This document shows positions 1 through 11,132 of a stretch of 64,000 bases of DNA, piece by piece. The stretch lies in the sequence record MN091626.1; one strand, written 5' to 3'. The notes under the pieces are model-generated. The model did not search any database, had not been told where the DNA came from, and worked only from the letters and a program-made list of their open reading frames with translations. Positions within the stretch are counted from its first letter, which is position 1; every line of letters starts with the position of its first letter. The position numbers were made by a program, and so were the translations under genes.

Positions 1-31
1 GTTATTAAAAATTTGAGAGGAGTAACTCTAT

Positions 32-319
32 TTGAATATTAATGTTAATAAACCTTTAGATGCTAAATTCGAAAAAGAAATGCATGATAATATTATAAAT
101 GCATTCATTGATAGCACGTTAGGACCAATCCTTTATGAAAAATTAGAAGAGCTATGTAAAATTCATGATAAAAATATAAAACTTTATTATGACTATGATA
201 TGTTAGATTCTAAAAAATTAAAACATAGTTTGATTAAATTTTATGAAGAAAATAATTTAGATGAAGACGAATTCATTATAAAGATTAAAAAAGAAGTTGT
301 TAAAAATGCGTTTAAATAG
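32..319 (+). CDS. Hypothetical protein (start uncertain, near window edge)
   Basis: 95-aa ORF, phage-like composition, GAGAGGAG upstream. Confidence 0.6.
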   Translation: MNINVNKPLDAKFEKEMHDNIINAFIDSTLGPILYEKLEELCKIHDKNIKLYYDYDMLDSKKLKHSLIKFYEENNLDEDEFIIKIKKEVVKNAFK

Positions 320-335
320 AAAAGGATGATTTTAT

Positions 336-488
336 ATGAATAAAAAGAAATTATGGATAATGACAGGTATAACTTTTTTAACATCTTTCACGATAAATTT
401 TATTATTCTATATTATAAAGATAAATATAGACAGGATGATATTGATACATCTGAAGATCCATTTATGAAAGGTCCATTATTTATATAG
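336..488 (+). CDS. Small membrane protein, 50 aa (not in ORF track)
   Basis: AAAGGA SD, ATG 336, MNKKKLWIMTGITFLTSFTINFIILYY hydrophobic N-terminus, TAG 486-488. Confidence 0.6.
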   Translation: MNKKKLWIMTGITFLTSFTINFIILYYKDKYRQDDIDTSEDPFMKGPLFI

Positions 489-610
489 TTTAAATATTGC
501 CAAACATTCTTTAAATAGAGTGTTTGGCATTTATATTTTAATTTTTTATGAAATCTAAGTAACGATTAAATTATCAAAGTAGCAATTGAATTGAGGAGTG
601 TTCAAAGATA

Positions 611-1094
611 ATGGGTAGATTTATTAAATCAACATATTTAAATAAAAAAGAGACACATTCAGGAAAAGAAAAAGTGGTAATGGTAGTTAAAGAAGAAGAC
701 GGTAATAAAAAACACATGGAAATAACTGATCCGATGATGCATTACTATGTAACTAAAGATGAACATTGGTTACCGCCTAATAAAATTGTAGGTTCTATTG
801 AAAAAGATAAAGTAAGAACTGTTACTTGTAAGCATAAAGATATTATCAAATCAGTAGTTAAAGAAGCTGGTAATGCTCAAGATAAAGCAGAATATGATAG
901 AATTATGAAATCAGGTAATTGGCAAGAATATAGAAAATTAAAAGATTTTCATTTATTAAATAATGCTCATGGATCTGATATTAATATAGAAGATTATAAT
1001 ATTAATGAGTATATTAAAAAGAATTTAGATAGTAAAGTCGGCATAGATATATGTCTATTCGATATTGAGGTTGATGGTTCTCAAGTAACTGGGT
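611..1094 (+). CDS. Family B DNA polymerase, N-terminal subunit, exon 1
   Basis: ExoI motif FDIEVDG; splicing to 2120 gives DIEVDGSQVTGFPDPEK. Confidence 0.85.
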
Positions 1095-2119
1095 TAAAGG
1101 TAGCTCAGGATAAAGCTTTTTAATTGCTGGGAAGTCCTTAGAGCTTAATGAACTACAACGTAATGAGTAATCATAAGCGTGAATGTTTAAAAATCATTAA
1201 GATTGGAAAATCAGCAGCTAATAATAAAATTTAATTGAAAATAAAATTTAAGGTATGATAAAGTTGGAAATATGGAAAGATATAGAAAATTATGAAGGTT
1301 ATTATCAAGTATCAGATAAAGGAAATGTAAAATCTTTAGAAAGAAAAGTTATTGAAAAAAAATACTGGCAAAGTCAATATTTATAAATCTAGAAACCTTA
1401 AAAAATCATATAATAAAAAAGGCTATGAGCAAGTTAGTTTGAATAAAGATAATAAAAAGAAAACTATCTTTGTTCACAGATTAGTTGCGTCTGCTTTTTT
1501 AGAAAATCCTAATAATTTACCACAGGTTAATCATAAAGACGGTATAAAAGATAATAATAATTTGGATAATTTAGAATGGGTAACTAATGCAGAAAATATG
1601 GAACATGCTCATAGTACAGGTCTTATGAAACATATCAAAATGCCTTCTGGAAAAGATCATCACATGTTTGGGAAAACAGCTTATAATAAAGGTAAAAAAA
1701 TGAGTGAAAAGCAAAGACAGGGTATGATGAAACCTATCTTGCAAATTGATATGAAAACTGGAGAAGTAGTTAATGAATTTTCAGGAGCTAAAGAAGCAGC
1801 AGATATTTTAGGTTTTTCTAGAAGATCAATAACAGATACATCAAATGGAAAACAAAAAAGTCATAAAGGTTTTTTGTGGAAGAAAAAATAATTCAATTAA
1901 ATTTTATTAAAGTTCAACGACTATCAAAAGCATGTCAAATGTGAGTAGAGTACAGCCAAGCGGTTAGTTTTTAAGTGATATTAGCTTAATGTAATACTAT
2001 TAAATGGAAAAGGAAGCATCTTAAATTTTAAGGTAAGATATAGTCTCAACGTTTAGGGAAACCCTAAAGAAGTTCATAAGAGAACTGGTATATATTAGCG
2101 ATATATATTGAAGATTTTG
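1095..2119 (+). mobile_element. Group I intron in DNA polymerase gene (1025 nt)
   Basis: P1 CUGGGU/GCUCAG with U.G at splice site; P AATTGCTGGGAA, Q AATCAGCAG, R GTTCAACGACTA, S AAGATATAGTCT; terminal G2119; splice restores frame. Confidence 0.92.
1255..1891 (+). pseudogene. Intron-encoded NUMOD4-HNH-NUMOD3/NUMOD1 homing endonuclease, frameshifted at an A8 run
   Basis: 1255-1386 encodes NUMOD4 (WKDIENYEGYYQVSDKGNVKS); HNH (VHRLVA..VNHKDGIKDNN..NLEW) is in +1 frame 1352-1891; A8 at 1355-1362. Confidence 0.8.
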
Positions 2120-3357
2120 TCCCCGACCCTGAAAAAGCTGAGGCAGAGGTAAATATTATAACTGTAGTGGACTGGAGTAAGAAGAAAGTATTAACATTTG
2201 CTCTTAAATATGATACTGATACTTATAGAGAAACTATGAAAGATCAAGATAAATTAATTAAAGACTTAAATGAAATTTATAATAATGAAAATAGTGAAAT
2301 TGGTAAAGATTTAGGTTTAGAATTTGAAATATATGAGTTAGATACAGAAATGCAAGTTATTAAATCTTTCTTGTATTATATTAATGAAATTAGTAAGCCC
2401 GATATATGTACCGCATGGAATCTAGATTATGACTTTCCTGCATTATTTGAACGTATTAGAGCTAACGGAGAAGATCCTGCAGATTATTTCTGTTCTAAAG
2501 AATTTGAAGATAAAAAAGCATATTATAAATTAGATAAAAATGCTACTGATATGGCTAATAGATCTTCTACATTTGAGACTAATTCATATACTAACTGGAT
2601 TGACCAATTAGCTTTATATGCAAATATTAATAAACCTAATGGTGCTTTGGAATCAGTTAAGTTGAATGATATTGGAGAGAAAGAAGCAGGAGTTACTAAA
2701 GATGTTTATGAAGGTTCTATTTCTGATTTACATTTTAGAGACTATTATACATTCATTCTTTATAATATTAAAGATACTGTATTAGCTGCATTAATTGAAC
2801 ATAACACTAATATGTTTGATTTATTATTCTCTATTGTAGACATGACTAGAACAAGACCTAGTAAAGCACTTAAGAAAACTATTTGTTTAAGAAATCGTAG
2901 TTCAGTATTCTTTGAAAATCAAGGATATGTATTAAGTAATAATCACTCAAAATTATTATCAGATCCGAATGCAGATAAAATTCGTGGTGGATTTGTAGCT
3001 GATATGATGTTAATTGAACGTAATGGTGATGTATTAGTTAAAGGTAAAGATATTAGATCTAATAGATTATTTAGTAATGTTTGTGACTTTGACTTAAGTT
3101 CTCTATATCCATCTATTATTAGAGCTTATAATATAACGCCTGAAGGACATGTAGGTAAAATGAATATTCTTGATAAAAATAGAATAACAGTACCTAAATA
3201 TGAGGAAGATAAAGATAACTATGATTTCAATACTGAATTCGTAAGTAAGTTTAATAGTCAAGATAGTGTTGCTTTTGCTCAAGAATTTCATGGTTTACCT
3301 TCTCTTATTAAAGCATCTGATGACATTATTAAAGAATTAGAGGAGGAAATTGGTTAA
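2120..3357 (+). CDS. Family B DNA polymerase, N-terminal subunit, exon 2 (spliced product 573 aa)
   Basis: ExoII AWNLDYDF, ExoIII YNIKD, motif A DFDLSSLYPSII; motifs B and C absent, as in split phiKZ-type PolB. Confidence 0.88.
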
Positions 3358-4139
3358 TGTCTATTATTATTGAAGAATCAAAAATAGTAAATAAATTAGT
3401 AATGACTTTTGAAGAAATATCTAAATTATTCAATAATATTGTTGATGGAAGTAAGTATATTAGTTTAAATAAAAATATTATAACAAATCATTCTAAGTCA
3501 GATGACAATCCTAATTCAGTTGAAGTGGAAATTATAGAAGATAATCCAATTTACGATTATCTTCTACCTATTGAAAATTGTGTTTTTAGTGTAGAAGACT
3601 TTATTGAAGTAAGAAAGAATAAGGGAGATAAAATTGTTAAAGTTGAATTTTTCAATGAAATCGATAATAGTGGTATTAAAATAACTAGAGAATCTGATTT
3701 AGAAACTATTATTAACGGTGATGAATTTGATGAAGACTTATTAGATGAAGAATTAAATTATTCACTAGATGCTATTGATTATTTTAGTTCTTTTGAACCA
3801 AGTCTAAATTTCAAATTAGATGATGATAGTTTATTGGAAATCAAGGAAAGAAAACCTTCTGAGTTCTTTAAGTTTATATTTACTGAAGATGATGTTATTG
3901 TTAAAGATCCTTATTATATTTATAATGAAGAAGACTACCTTATTGATTTTAGAACTTCTAAAAAGTATTTATTAGGATTAAAATATAAAAAGACTAAAGG
4001 AGAAACAGTTTGTCCATTAGTTAAAATAGATGTATACGCCCCAGAAACAACTGTATATAGTGAATTGATTATGATAAAATTTTCAATTTACCAAGACAAA
4101 TTTGTTGCAAAATTGAAGAATTTAGTTTATAATATATAA
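3357..4139 (+). CDS. Hypothetical protein translationally coupled to DNA polymerase
   Basis: TAATG overlap, 260 aa acidic ORF. Confidence 0.75.
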   Translation: MSIIIEESKIVNKLVMTFEEISKLFNNIVDGSKYISLNKNIITNHSKSDDNPNSVEVEIIEDNPIYDYLLPIENCVFSVEDFIEVRKNKGDKIVKVEFFNEIDNSGIKITRESDLETIINGDEFDEDLLDEELNYSLDAIDYFSSFEPSLNFKLDDDSLLEIKERKPSEFFKFIFTEDDVIVKDPYYIYNEEDYLIDFRTSKKYLLGLKYKKTKGETVCPLVKIDVYAPETTVYSELIMIKFSIYQDKFVAKLKNLVYNI

Positions 4140-4182
4140 TGTGAAAAAATACTTATAAATTAAGAGAAAATTCTAAAAAGTA

Positions 4183-6651
4183 TTGAAAAGGAGTGTTTTG
4201 AATTTGGCTGATGAGAATAAAACTCAGAGAAGTATAAATAATCTCAACAGAGATATGGTCAGAGGATTAGGAGATGAAGAAAATCCTAAGAACTTATCTG
4301 ATAATATAAATGATTTTGATGATAGGCTAAAAAAGATAAGACGTAAAAGTAATCATGGTAATAGTAATGGTGATATTCTATCTTTAGCATCTAAAGTAAA
4401 TGGTAAAGATAGAAATGCTAGAAGAACTAATAATACAAGTGATGATAAAAAAGATTTCATTAAAGACTTTATAGAAGAGAATATTGAAAATCAAGATTTT
4501 TCATCTGAAATTGCTAGAGTATCTAGATATGATGACTATAGAATTATAGATAAGTTTATACCTGAAATATCAACAAGTATTGATGTATTCGCTACTTCTA
4601 TTATCGCACCTGACGATACTTCTAAATTATCATTGATGTATCGTTATGGTGATACAAATAATAAAGATGAATCAGAAAATAAAGAAGTTTTAAATGAATT
4701 AGATAGAATTGTAAAGAAATATAATTTAGACAATTTAACATACACTTCTATTCGTGATGGTTTATTATTAGGTGATGTATTCTACATTATTAAAGATACT
4801 AAATCTGATTTTGAAGAAATACTTAATGAAAATGATGATGTATTAGGAAGAGAAACACGAGAAGATCAAAAAGTGATTAATGAATCATTTATAGATCAGA
4901 ATCTTAAAGAATCTGATTTAGACATTGTAATTAATGAATTTAATAGTCAATTTGAAAAACCTATTAAAGATGAAAATCAATTAAATGAACAAAGAGCTAA
5001 TTTTAAAAATGAAATATTAAAGAGCATTAATGAGAATGTAGCTTTCTTTGAAAATTCTTCTGAATTACTATCTGATATAGGTAAATACAAAGGCTCTAAT
5101 GACTTACAATCATTTTTAAATAAAGCAGATAACAAAAATAAATCTAGTAAATTAAAATCTGGTTCAGTTTATTTTAGATCTGTAGAGCCTGAAGACATGA
5201 TTAAATTAGAAATTGATGGAATGTGTATTGGTTATCTTTATATTGAGCCTGATTCTGGAACTGATTTAAGAGGAGGAGCTAATCCTTTATTATCTGCCAT
5301 GAATAATTTAATGGGTGACGGTTATCAGAAACAAGGTCAGACAGGGTCATTCGCAAACGGTATGGGAGTTACTAACTTAGATCCTGTTACTGGTAATGTT
5401 GCAGGAAATAATATGTCTAGCAATTCTAAAAATCCTAATTCAGGAATGAATGCTACATCCGGTTCATATTATGAAAATGGAAATACTGCTATGGCGTATC
5501 AAGGACTAGTTGATGTTATAGTTAAAGGTATTTCTCAAAAAATTAATATGGACTTCATTAATAAAAATGATTCATTTAAAGATATTATATATAGATTAAT
5601 TCGTAAGAATTATATTATTGAAAATGGTATTAAAATGACATTCTTAGAAGCTGATGAAGTATTTCATCACAAATTAGACAGTCAAAAAACTTATGGAGTT
5701 TCTAAACTTAATAAATCATTATTCTTTGCTAAATTATATTTAAGTACATTAATAACTACAATGATGGTTAAATTAAATCAATCAAGAGATAGACGTGTAT
5801 TTAGAGTTAATGCAGGTTTAGATGATGATTATGAAGGAACTGTAGAAGAAATAATTCGTAATGTAAGACAAAATGAAATGTCTACAGGTTTATTTGGTGA
5901 TGGAACTTCAGTTCAAACATTATTTAATCAAGTAGGTAACTTAGAAAACATGTATATTCCTCAAAATAAAGAGGGTACTTCACCTTTAGAAATAGATACA
6001 ATTTCTGGTATTCAAGTTGATATTAATGATGAATTCTTAGAATGGCTTAAGAAATCAGTTATATCAGGTACAGGAGTTCCTTTAAATTATATTGATGCTG
6101 AGACTGAAACTGATTACGCTCGTTCATTATCAATGCAGAATAATAACTTTGTAAGACGTGTAGTTAACTATCAAAAATCATTCGGTGAATTCTACACTCA
6201 AGTATTAAGAAAGCTTTATTATTTAGAAAATGTAAATATTAAAGATAAAAAATATAATGAAGAATTAAATAATAAATTACAAGAAATTGAAGCTTACTTC
6301 CCAGCACCTGTATTCTTAAACTTAGGAAATCTTAATGAAGAAGTTGGAGCTGTAACACAAATGATAGATTTCTTAGTTCCTTTATACACTTCAGAAGCTA
6401 CTGGTGACGAAGAAGAAGATGATAATGAAAAATTAAAACGTCTATTCCGTAAAGAACTAGTTCAACAAGAATTCATGTCTAATTTAGATTACGATAGATA
6501 TGAAAATATCATTAACAATATTAAAGATGAAATAAATAAAGACAAAAAGAAAAATGACATGACAAACAATAATAATGCTGATGGAGACGATTTAGCTTCT
6601 CCAAATGATTCTGAAAATGATTCAGATGATAATTTTGAGGACGATTTCTAA
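4183..6651 (+). CDS. Portal protein (T4 gp20-like)
   Basis: YRIIDKFIPEISTSIDVF and RDRRVFRVNAG resemble gp20 motifs; acidic tail. Confidence 0.75.
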   Translation: MKRSVLNLADENKTQRSINNLNRDMVRGLGDEENPKNLSDNINDFDDRLKKIRRKSNHGNSNGDILSLASKVNGKDRNARRTNNTSDDKKDFIKDFIEENIENQDFSSEIARVSRYDDYRIIDKFIPEISTSIDVFATSIIAPDDTSKLSLMYRYGDTNNKDESENKEVLNELDRIVKKYNLDNLTYTSIRDGLLLGDVFYIIKDTKSDFEEILNENDDVLGRETREDQKVINESFIDQNLKESDLDIVINEFNSQFEKPIKDENQLNEQRANFKNEILKSINENVAFFENSSELLSDIGKYKGSNDLQSFLNKADNKNKSSKLKSGSVYFRSVEPEDMIKLEIDGMCIGYLYIEPDSGTDLRGGANPLLSAMNNLMGDGYQKQGQTGSFANGMGVTNLDPVTGNVAGNNMSSNSKNPNSGMNATSGSYYENGNTAMAYQGLVDVIVKGISQKINMDFINKNDSFKDIIYRLIRKNYIIENGIKMTFLEADEVFHHKLDSQKTYGVSKLNKSLFFAKLYLSTLITTMMVKLNQSRDRRVFRVNAGLDDDYEGTVEEIIRNVRQNEMSTGLFGDGTSVQTLFNQVGNLENMYIPQNKEGTSPLEIDTISGIQVDINDEFLEWLKKSVISGTGVPLNYIDAETETDYARSLSMQNNNFVRRVVNYQKSFGEFYTQVLRKLYYLENVNIKDKKYNEELNNKLQEIEAYFPAPVFLNLGNLNEEVGAVTQMIDFLVPLYTSEATGDEEEDDNEKLKRLFRKELVQQEFMSNLDYDRYENIINNIKDEINKDKKKNDMTNNNNADGDDLASPNDSENDSDDNFEDDF

Positions 6652-6692
6652 TATTGACATTTGAATAACGGACTAAATACAATTCGTTATTC

Positions 6693-6708
6693 AAATTTAT
6701 ATTATATA
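6693..6708 (+). promoter_or_regulatory. Putative early promoter
   Basis: AAATTTATATTATA upstream of 6752. Confidence 0.55.
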
Positions 6709-6751
6709 AGTGTAGTACATAATATTTATTTATAAGGAGAATGAATTAGAT

Positions 6752-8665
6752 ATGGCAAATGAAGAAATTGTTTTAGATTTAAAATTAGGTAAGTACAATG
6801 ATTATTTACACTCAGATAATTATTTTGAAATTTTAGATGATTTAAAGAAAGATATCATTGGTAATCCTCAAAAAAGAATGGAAGACTATTTTGAAGACAA
6901 TATACCCAAAAGTAATTATTTCACTTTATTAGTATTAGGTAAACCTTTTAGAGATATGAATAAAGAATTTACTGAAGAGTATTTAGTTAATCCAACCGAT
7001 ATTGATGATTATTATGACTATTTTGACAAAGTTGTTGTTAATTTTATTCATGAAGGTCATGATCCAATAAAAGTTAGTCAATCAATTGCATTTGTTATTG
7101 ACGAATTGACTATATTTTCAAATGAATATATTTTACCTTTAGATGGTCCATCTATTTCATTATATGATATTATGAGATTAGCTAATGAAGATAAAGAAAT
7201 AGAAAAATTAATTAACTTTGATAAAGAAGACATTGATCATAACTTAACATATCAACAAATCATTAATGAAGTTCAAAAACCGAATATGCATAAATTGATT
7301 GATCGTATTAAATCTGATAAAGAAAACGATTATAAAACTTTCTTACATTCAGGAACAGGTATTAATAAGATACAATTGAATGAGGTTTTAAGTTTTGTAG
7401 GATATAAACCAGACATTCGTGGTGATGTTGTAACTGATATTATTGATACTTCATTTATGCGTGGTTTAAAAGATACAACACAATTTGCTATTGATGCAGA
7501 ATCTTCATTAAACGCATTAATGAACTCTAAGAATAAAGTACGTGAATCAGGTTACTTAAACCGTAAAATTACTTTATTAACTTCAGACTTAAAACTATCA
7601 GAAACTGAAGATTGTGAAAGTAAACATTTCGTTTACGTTAATATGGATAGTCAAGATAAATTAGATAGATTTAATGATAGATTCTATTATGATGATACAG
7701 ATCAAGAATTAAAATTAATTAATTCTAAAGAAGACAGTCATTTAATAGGACAAATTGTTCCATTACGTTCACCTATTACATGTGCTGAATCTAAAGGAAA
7801 AATTTGTCAAACTTGTTATGGTAAACGTTTATATAACATTAATAGAAACTTATCTGTAGGTATATTAGCTACATTAAGATTAACAGAACCTATGACTCAA
7901 AAATTACTATCAACAAAACACTTACAGGCAGTACAATTATCTGAATTCTCTTGGCCAGATATCTTTAAAGAACACTTTGAATTCTCTGGAGATAATATTG
8001 TTCCACGTAATGAAAAGACTAAAGTTATTATTGATGAAATGATTATTAATGAAGATTATGAATATGGAAGATATAAAGCTAATAGTTTTAAATTTAAAGT
8101 AGGTACTAAAACTCATACTGTTAAATCACCTGTAACTCTTAAAATACCAGACCAAAATATTGAGACTATGGATAAATTTTATGATGAAGAAGAAAATGCA
8201 TTTATATTCAGTATGAAAGACTTAAAAGAGAATTTCTTATTTAATATTAAAATTAAAAATGAAGGCGTTGCTGACCCACTTCTTAAAATACGTTCTATAT
8301 TAGAAAGTACTAAATATATTAGAAATGACTATGAAGAAAATAATTATCAAGCTATGTTTAATGATGTAACAGATTTATTACTTAAATCAGGTACAGACGT
8401 TATGAGTGTTCATTTAGAAACTATTATTAGAAATATGGTATTCTTAAATGAAGATTATAAAGAAAGAACTAAATATAGAGACCCTGAATTTGAACCTGAT
8501 ATTGAATTGAAAAATGTAGGTAGTGCTATTTTAAGTTCACCTTCACCAGTTCAATCATTAATCTTTGAAAAGATTAAAGCTCAGTTAAGCACTGATGAAA
8601 CTAATAACTTCTTCAGTAAAGATGGAGATTCAATGTTCGATCCATTATTTGATTTTGATATTTAA
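6752..8665 (+). CDS. RNA polymerase beta-prime C-terminal subunit, probably non-virion RNAP
   Basis: SGYLNRK bridge-helix region, RSPITC..ICQTCYG zinc site, TEPMTQKLLSTKH trigger-loop region; size, early promoter and nearby SF2 helicase fit phiKZ gp74-like. Confidence 0.85.
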   Translation: MANEEIVLDLKLGKYNDYLHSDNYFEILDDLKKDIIGNPQKRMEDYFEDNIPKSNYFTLLVLGKPFRDMNKEFTEEYLVNPTDIDDYYDYFDKVVVNFIHEGHDPIKVSQSIAFVIDELTIFSNEYILPLDGPSISLYDIMRLANEDKEIEKLINFDKEDIDHNLTYQQIINEVQKPNMHKLIDRIKSDKENDYKTFLHSGTGINKIQLNEVLSFVGYKPDIRGDVVTDIIDTSFMRGLKDTTQFAIDAESSLNALMNSKNKVRESGYLNRKITLLTSDLKLSETEDCESKHFVYVNMDSQDKLDRFNDRFYYDDTDQELKLINSKEDSHLIGQIVPLRSPITCAESKGKICQTCYGKRLYNINRNLSVGILATLRLTEPMTQKLLSTKHLQAVQLSEFSWPDIFKEHFEFSGDNIVPRNEKTKVIIDEMIINEDYEYGRYKANSFKFKVGTKTHTVKSPVTLKIPDQNIETMDKFYDEEENAFIFSMKDLKENFLFNIKIKNEGVADPLLKIRSILESTKYIRNDYEENNYQAMFNDVTDLLLKSGTDVMSVHLETIIRNMVFLNEDYKERTKYRDPEFEPDIELKNVGSAILSSPSPVQSLIFEKIKAQLSTDETNNFFSKDGDSMFDPLFDFDI

Positions 8666-8678
8666 AACAATATAATTC

Positions 8679-8710
8679 AACCAAACTTCTATTAACTTAG
8701 GAGTTTGGTT
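8679..8710 (+). terminator. Terminator-like hairpin
   Basis: AACCAAACTTCT/AGGAGTTTGGTT stem, loop ATTAACTT. Confidence 0.6.
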
Positions 8711-8739
8711 ATATATAATAACTCTAGGAGGAATTTAAT

Positions 8740-9033
8740 ATGAAAGCAGAAGATTTATTAAGAGACAATTTATATGAGCAATACGATTATAATAAGGATG
8801 ATAAGTTAGAAAAGGCTATAATGAAGAATTGTTATATCATTTTTGACAATGTAAATGAAGATGGAGAGAGAAATATCTATAGAATATCAGATTTGGAAGT
8901 AAATGAAAATCAAATTTTATCATTTATTTTAGTTAAAGATGATATACCTGTTTCAACTCATAGTTTTTCAATTGAAAATGTTTATGAATTTAATGAACTT
9001 GACAAGCTTATATTAGAAAGTATTAATTCTTAA
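8740..9033 (+). CDS. Hypothetical protein
   Basis: AGGAGG SD, 97 aa. Confidence 0.75.
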   Translation: MKAEDLLRDNLYEQYDYNKDDKLEKAIMKNCYIIFDNVNEDGERNIYRISDLEVNENQILSFILVKDDIPVSTHSFSIENVYEFNELDKLILESINS

Positions 9034-9100
9034 AAAATTAATTTTTTATAATAACTGATAGATATAAAATTTTAAAGCAAAAAGGAGAATTTAATTTAAC

Positions 9101-9547
9101 ATGGAAATTTTCAAATTAAAAGAATTAGAAGGTAAACAAGAACAAACAATCGAATTAACTGGTGATGATAAAAACCTTAAAGAAATTAGAGAAGCATTTT
9201 TTAACAGTCAATCAGGTACTTATATGGTAAATAAAACTATCAATGATAATATTGAAGAATTCTTCAAACATGCTGAAGATGGTGTAACTGTAGATGATGT
9301 TTATAAACTTAATGTAATTGTTGAAGATGATAAACAAATTACTTTAGTTAAAGCTGAAAAAGATGATCAATTTAAGAAAGGTTGCTTCTATATGGTATTT
9401 GACTTAATGGGTTCTGTACCTGTATATACTGATTTAGAAAATCCTGAAGCTACATTTGATTTGTCTGGTATGTTTAAAGAGGATGGTTTCGATTTCTTTA
9501 AAACTATTGCAGAAGTATTCCCTACTACTATTGAGCTTAAACAATAA
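9101..9547 (+). CDS. Hypothetical protein
   Basis: AAGGAG SD, 148 aa. Confidence 0.8.
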   Translation: MEIFKLKELEGKQEQTIELTGDDKNLKEIREAFFNSQSGTYMVNKTINDNIEEFFKHAEDGVTVDDVYKLNVIVEDDKQITLVKAEKDDQFKKGCFYMVFDLMGSVPVYTDLENPEATFDLSGMFKEDGFDFFKTIAEVFPTTIELKQ

Positions 9548-9564
9548 AGAAAGAAGCTGATACT

Positions 9565-11112
9565 ATGGTAGTATTAAACGAAACAAGAAAAATAAAAGTA
9601 TCTGTATATCCTACTCGTATATTAGTTGAAAATTACGAGTTAGGATTTTGTTCTGCAGTAGAAAATTATTTATCAGTATGGGATAAAATATATCATAAAC
9701 ATACTTATAAAGCTTTTAAGTATGATGAAGAAAATAAAACTATATCTTTTCCAGCAGGTATTAATACTAAATTATTATTACAGTCATTAAAAAATCATGG
9801 AGAAATTGATTATCAAGATTTCAGAGCAGTTGAAAATTTATTCTTTAAACCTAAACCAAATTACGATGTTGAAATGAATTTTAAACCTAGAGATCTTCTA
9901 CAAAGAAAAGCTATAGAATTCTTAAATTCATTTAGTATATATGATCCATCAACACAAAAATTCCTTTCATTACAAACTGGTGAAGGTAAAACTTTCTGTG
10001 CTTTAAAGTCAGTTATTGACAGAGAATTAGTACCTATGATTTTTGTTAATAACAATAAACTTAAAGAGCAATGGGAAGAAAAAATAAAAGAGTACACTAA
10101 TGTTGATGATGAAAAGATATATGTGATTCAAGGGAGATCAAGTATTAATAAACTATTTAAAATGAAATCTAAAGAAAGAAATAAAATAGATTTCTATATA
10201 GTAATGTATAAAACGTTAAATTCTTTTATTCAAGAAGACGAAGAAAGATTACAAGAATTACTATTAAAAACTAAAGTAGGTATTAAGATATTTGATGAAG
10301 CACATTTAGATTTTCGAAGTTTAACTAATATTGATATACAAACAGATTTACCATCAATATACCTATCAGCTACACCTAGAAGATCTGATAAATCAGAGAA
10401 TATGGTATTTAGCAATATATTCTTAAAAACACCTATATTTAGTTCTGATAATTACGACAGACAGATAGCTAATAATAGAAAAATACCATCTAAATATCAT
10501 GATGTATTTATTATCAGATGGAATAGTAATCCTAAAGAAGTTGAATTAGCTGATTTCATGAAAGCTTCTAAACGTAATGGTCTTAATGTAAATCATTATA
10601 GTAAATACTTAATTGAAGAAGATAAAAGAAGAAAAGAATACTTTGATATTGTATTTAATATTATTAATAATGTCATTATGAAAGAAGAAGTTAAAAAGAC
10701 TGTAGTTATGTTTAAATTAAAGAATATGATAGATGATTTTTATTCATATTTAGAAGATAAACTTGGACCTGAAGGATTAGAATTTTTAAATTGTATTAGA
10801 TACTATGATGGTATTGATAAAGAAGAAAAAGATAAAGTATTAGAATCTAACTTAATTATTACCACTGATTTATCTTTAGGAACTGGAATAGATATACCTG
10901 ATTTAAAAGCTGTAATTAATACAGTTCCTTTATCAAGTGAAAGTAAAGTAACTCAAATTATGGGTAGATTAAGATATATTGAAAATGAAAAATTGATGTT
11001 CTTTGATTTAATTGATCATGGGTTTAAGAAATTGGTTTCTCAAGGAAGTAATAGATTAAGAAATGTATATAAGAAAAAAGCTTTAAATATAACTGATTTT
11101 AAAATTAAATAA
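9565..11112 (+). CDS. Superfamily 2 helicase (UvsW-like)
   Basis: Walker A QTGEGKT, DEAH, SATP, TGIDIPDL, QIMGRLR. Confidence 0.9.
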   Translation: MVVLNETRKIKVSVYPTRILVENYELGFCSAVENYLSVWDKIYHKHTYKAFKYDEENKTISFPAGINTKLLLQSLKNHGEIDYQDFRAVENLFFKPKPNYDVEMNFKPRDLLQRKAIEFLNSFSIYDPSTQKFLSLQTGEGKTFCALKSVIDRELVPMIFVNNNKLKEQWEEKIKEYTNVDDEKIYVIQGRSSINKLFKMKSKERNKIDFYIVMYKTLNSFIQEDEERLQELLLKTKVGIKIFDEAHLDFRSLTNIDIQTDLPSIYLSATPRRSDKSENMVFSNIFLKTPIFSSDNYDRQIANNRKIPSKYHDVFIIRWNSNPKEVELADFMKASKRNGLNVNHYSKYLIEEDKRRKEYFDIVFNIINNVIMKEEVKKTVVMFKLKNMIDDFYSYLEDKLGPEGLEFLNCIRYYDGIDKEEKDKVLESNLIITTDLSLGTGIDIPDLKAVINTVPLSSESKVTQIMGRLRYIENEKLMFFDLIDHGFKKLVSQGSNRLRNVYKKKALNITDFKIK

Positions 11113-11132
11113 TGAAAGGTTGTTGAGGTATT

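Noticed and set aside
1095-1123. C-terminal LKVAQDKAF of tracked ORF 611-1123
   Set aside because: Read-through into intron sequence; the exon ends at 1094
2167-3357. GTG-start 396-aa ORF and ATG-start 26803-27807 ORF as independent genes
   Set aside because: Both are second exons whose frames open upstream to the 3' splice sites
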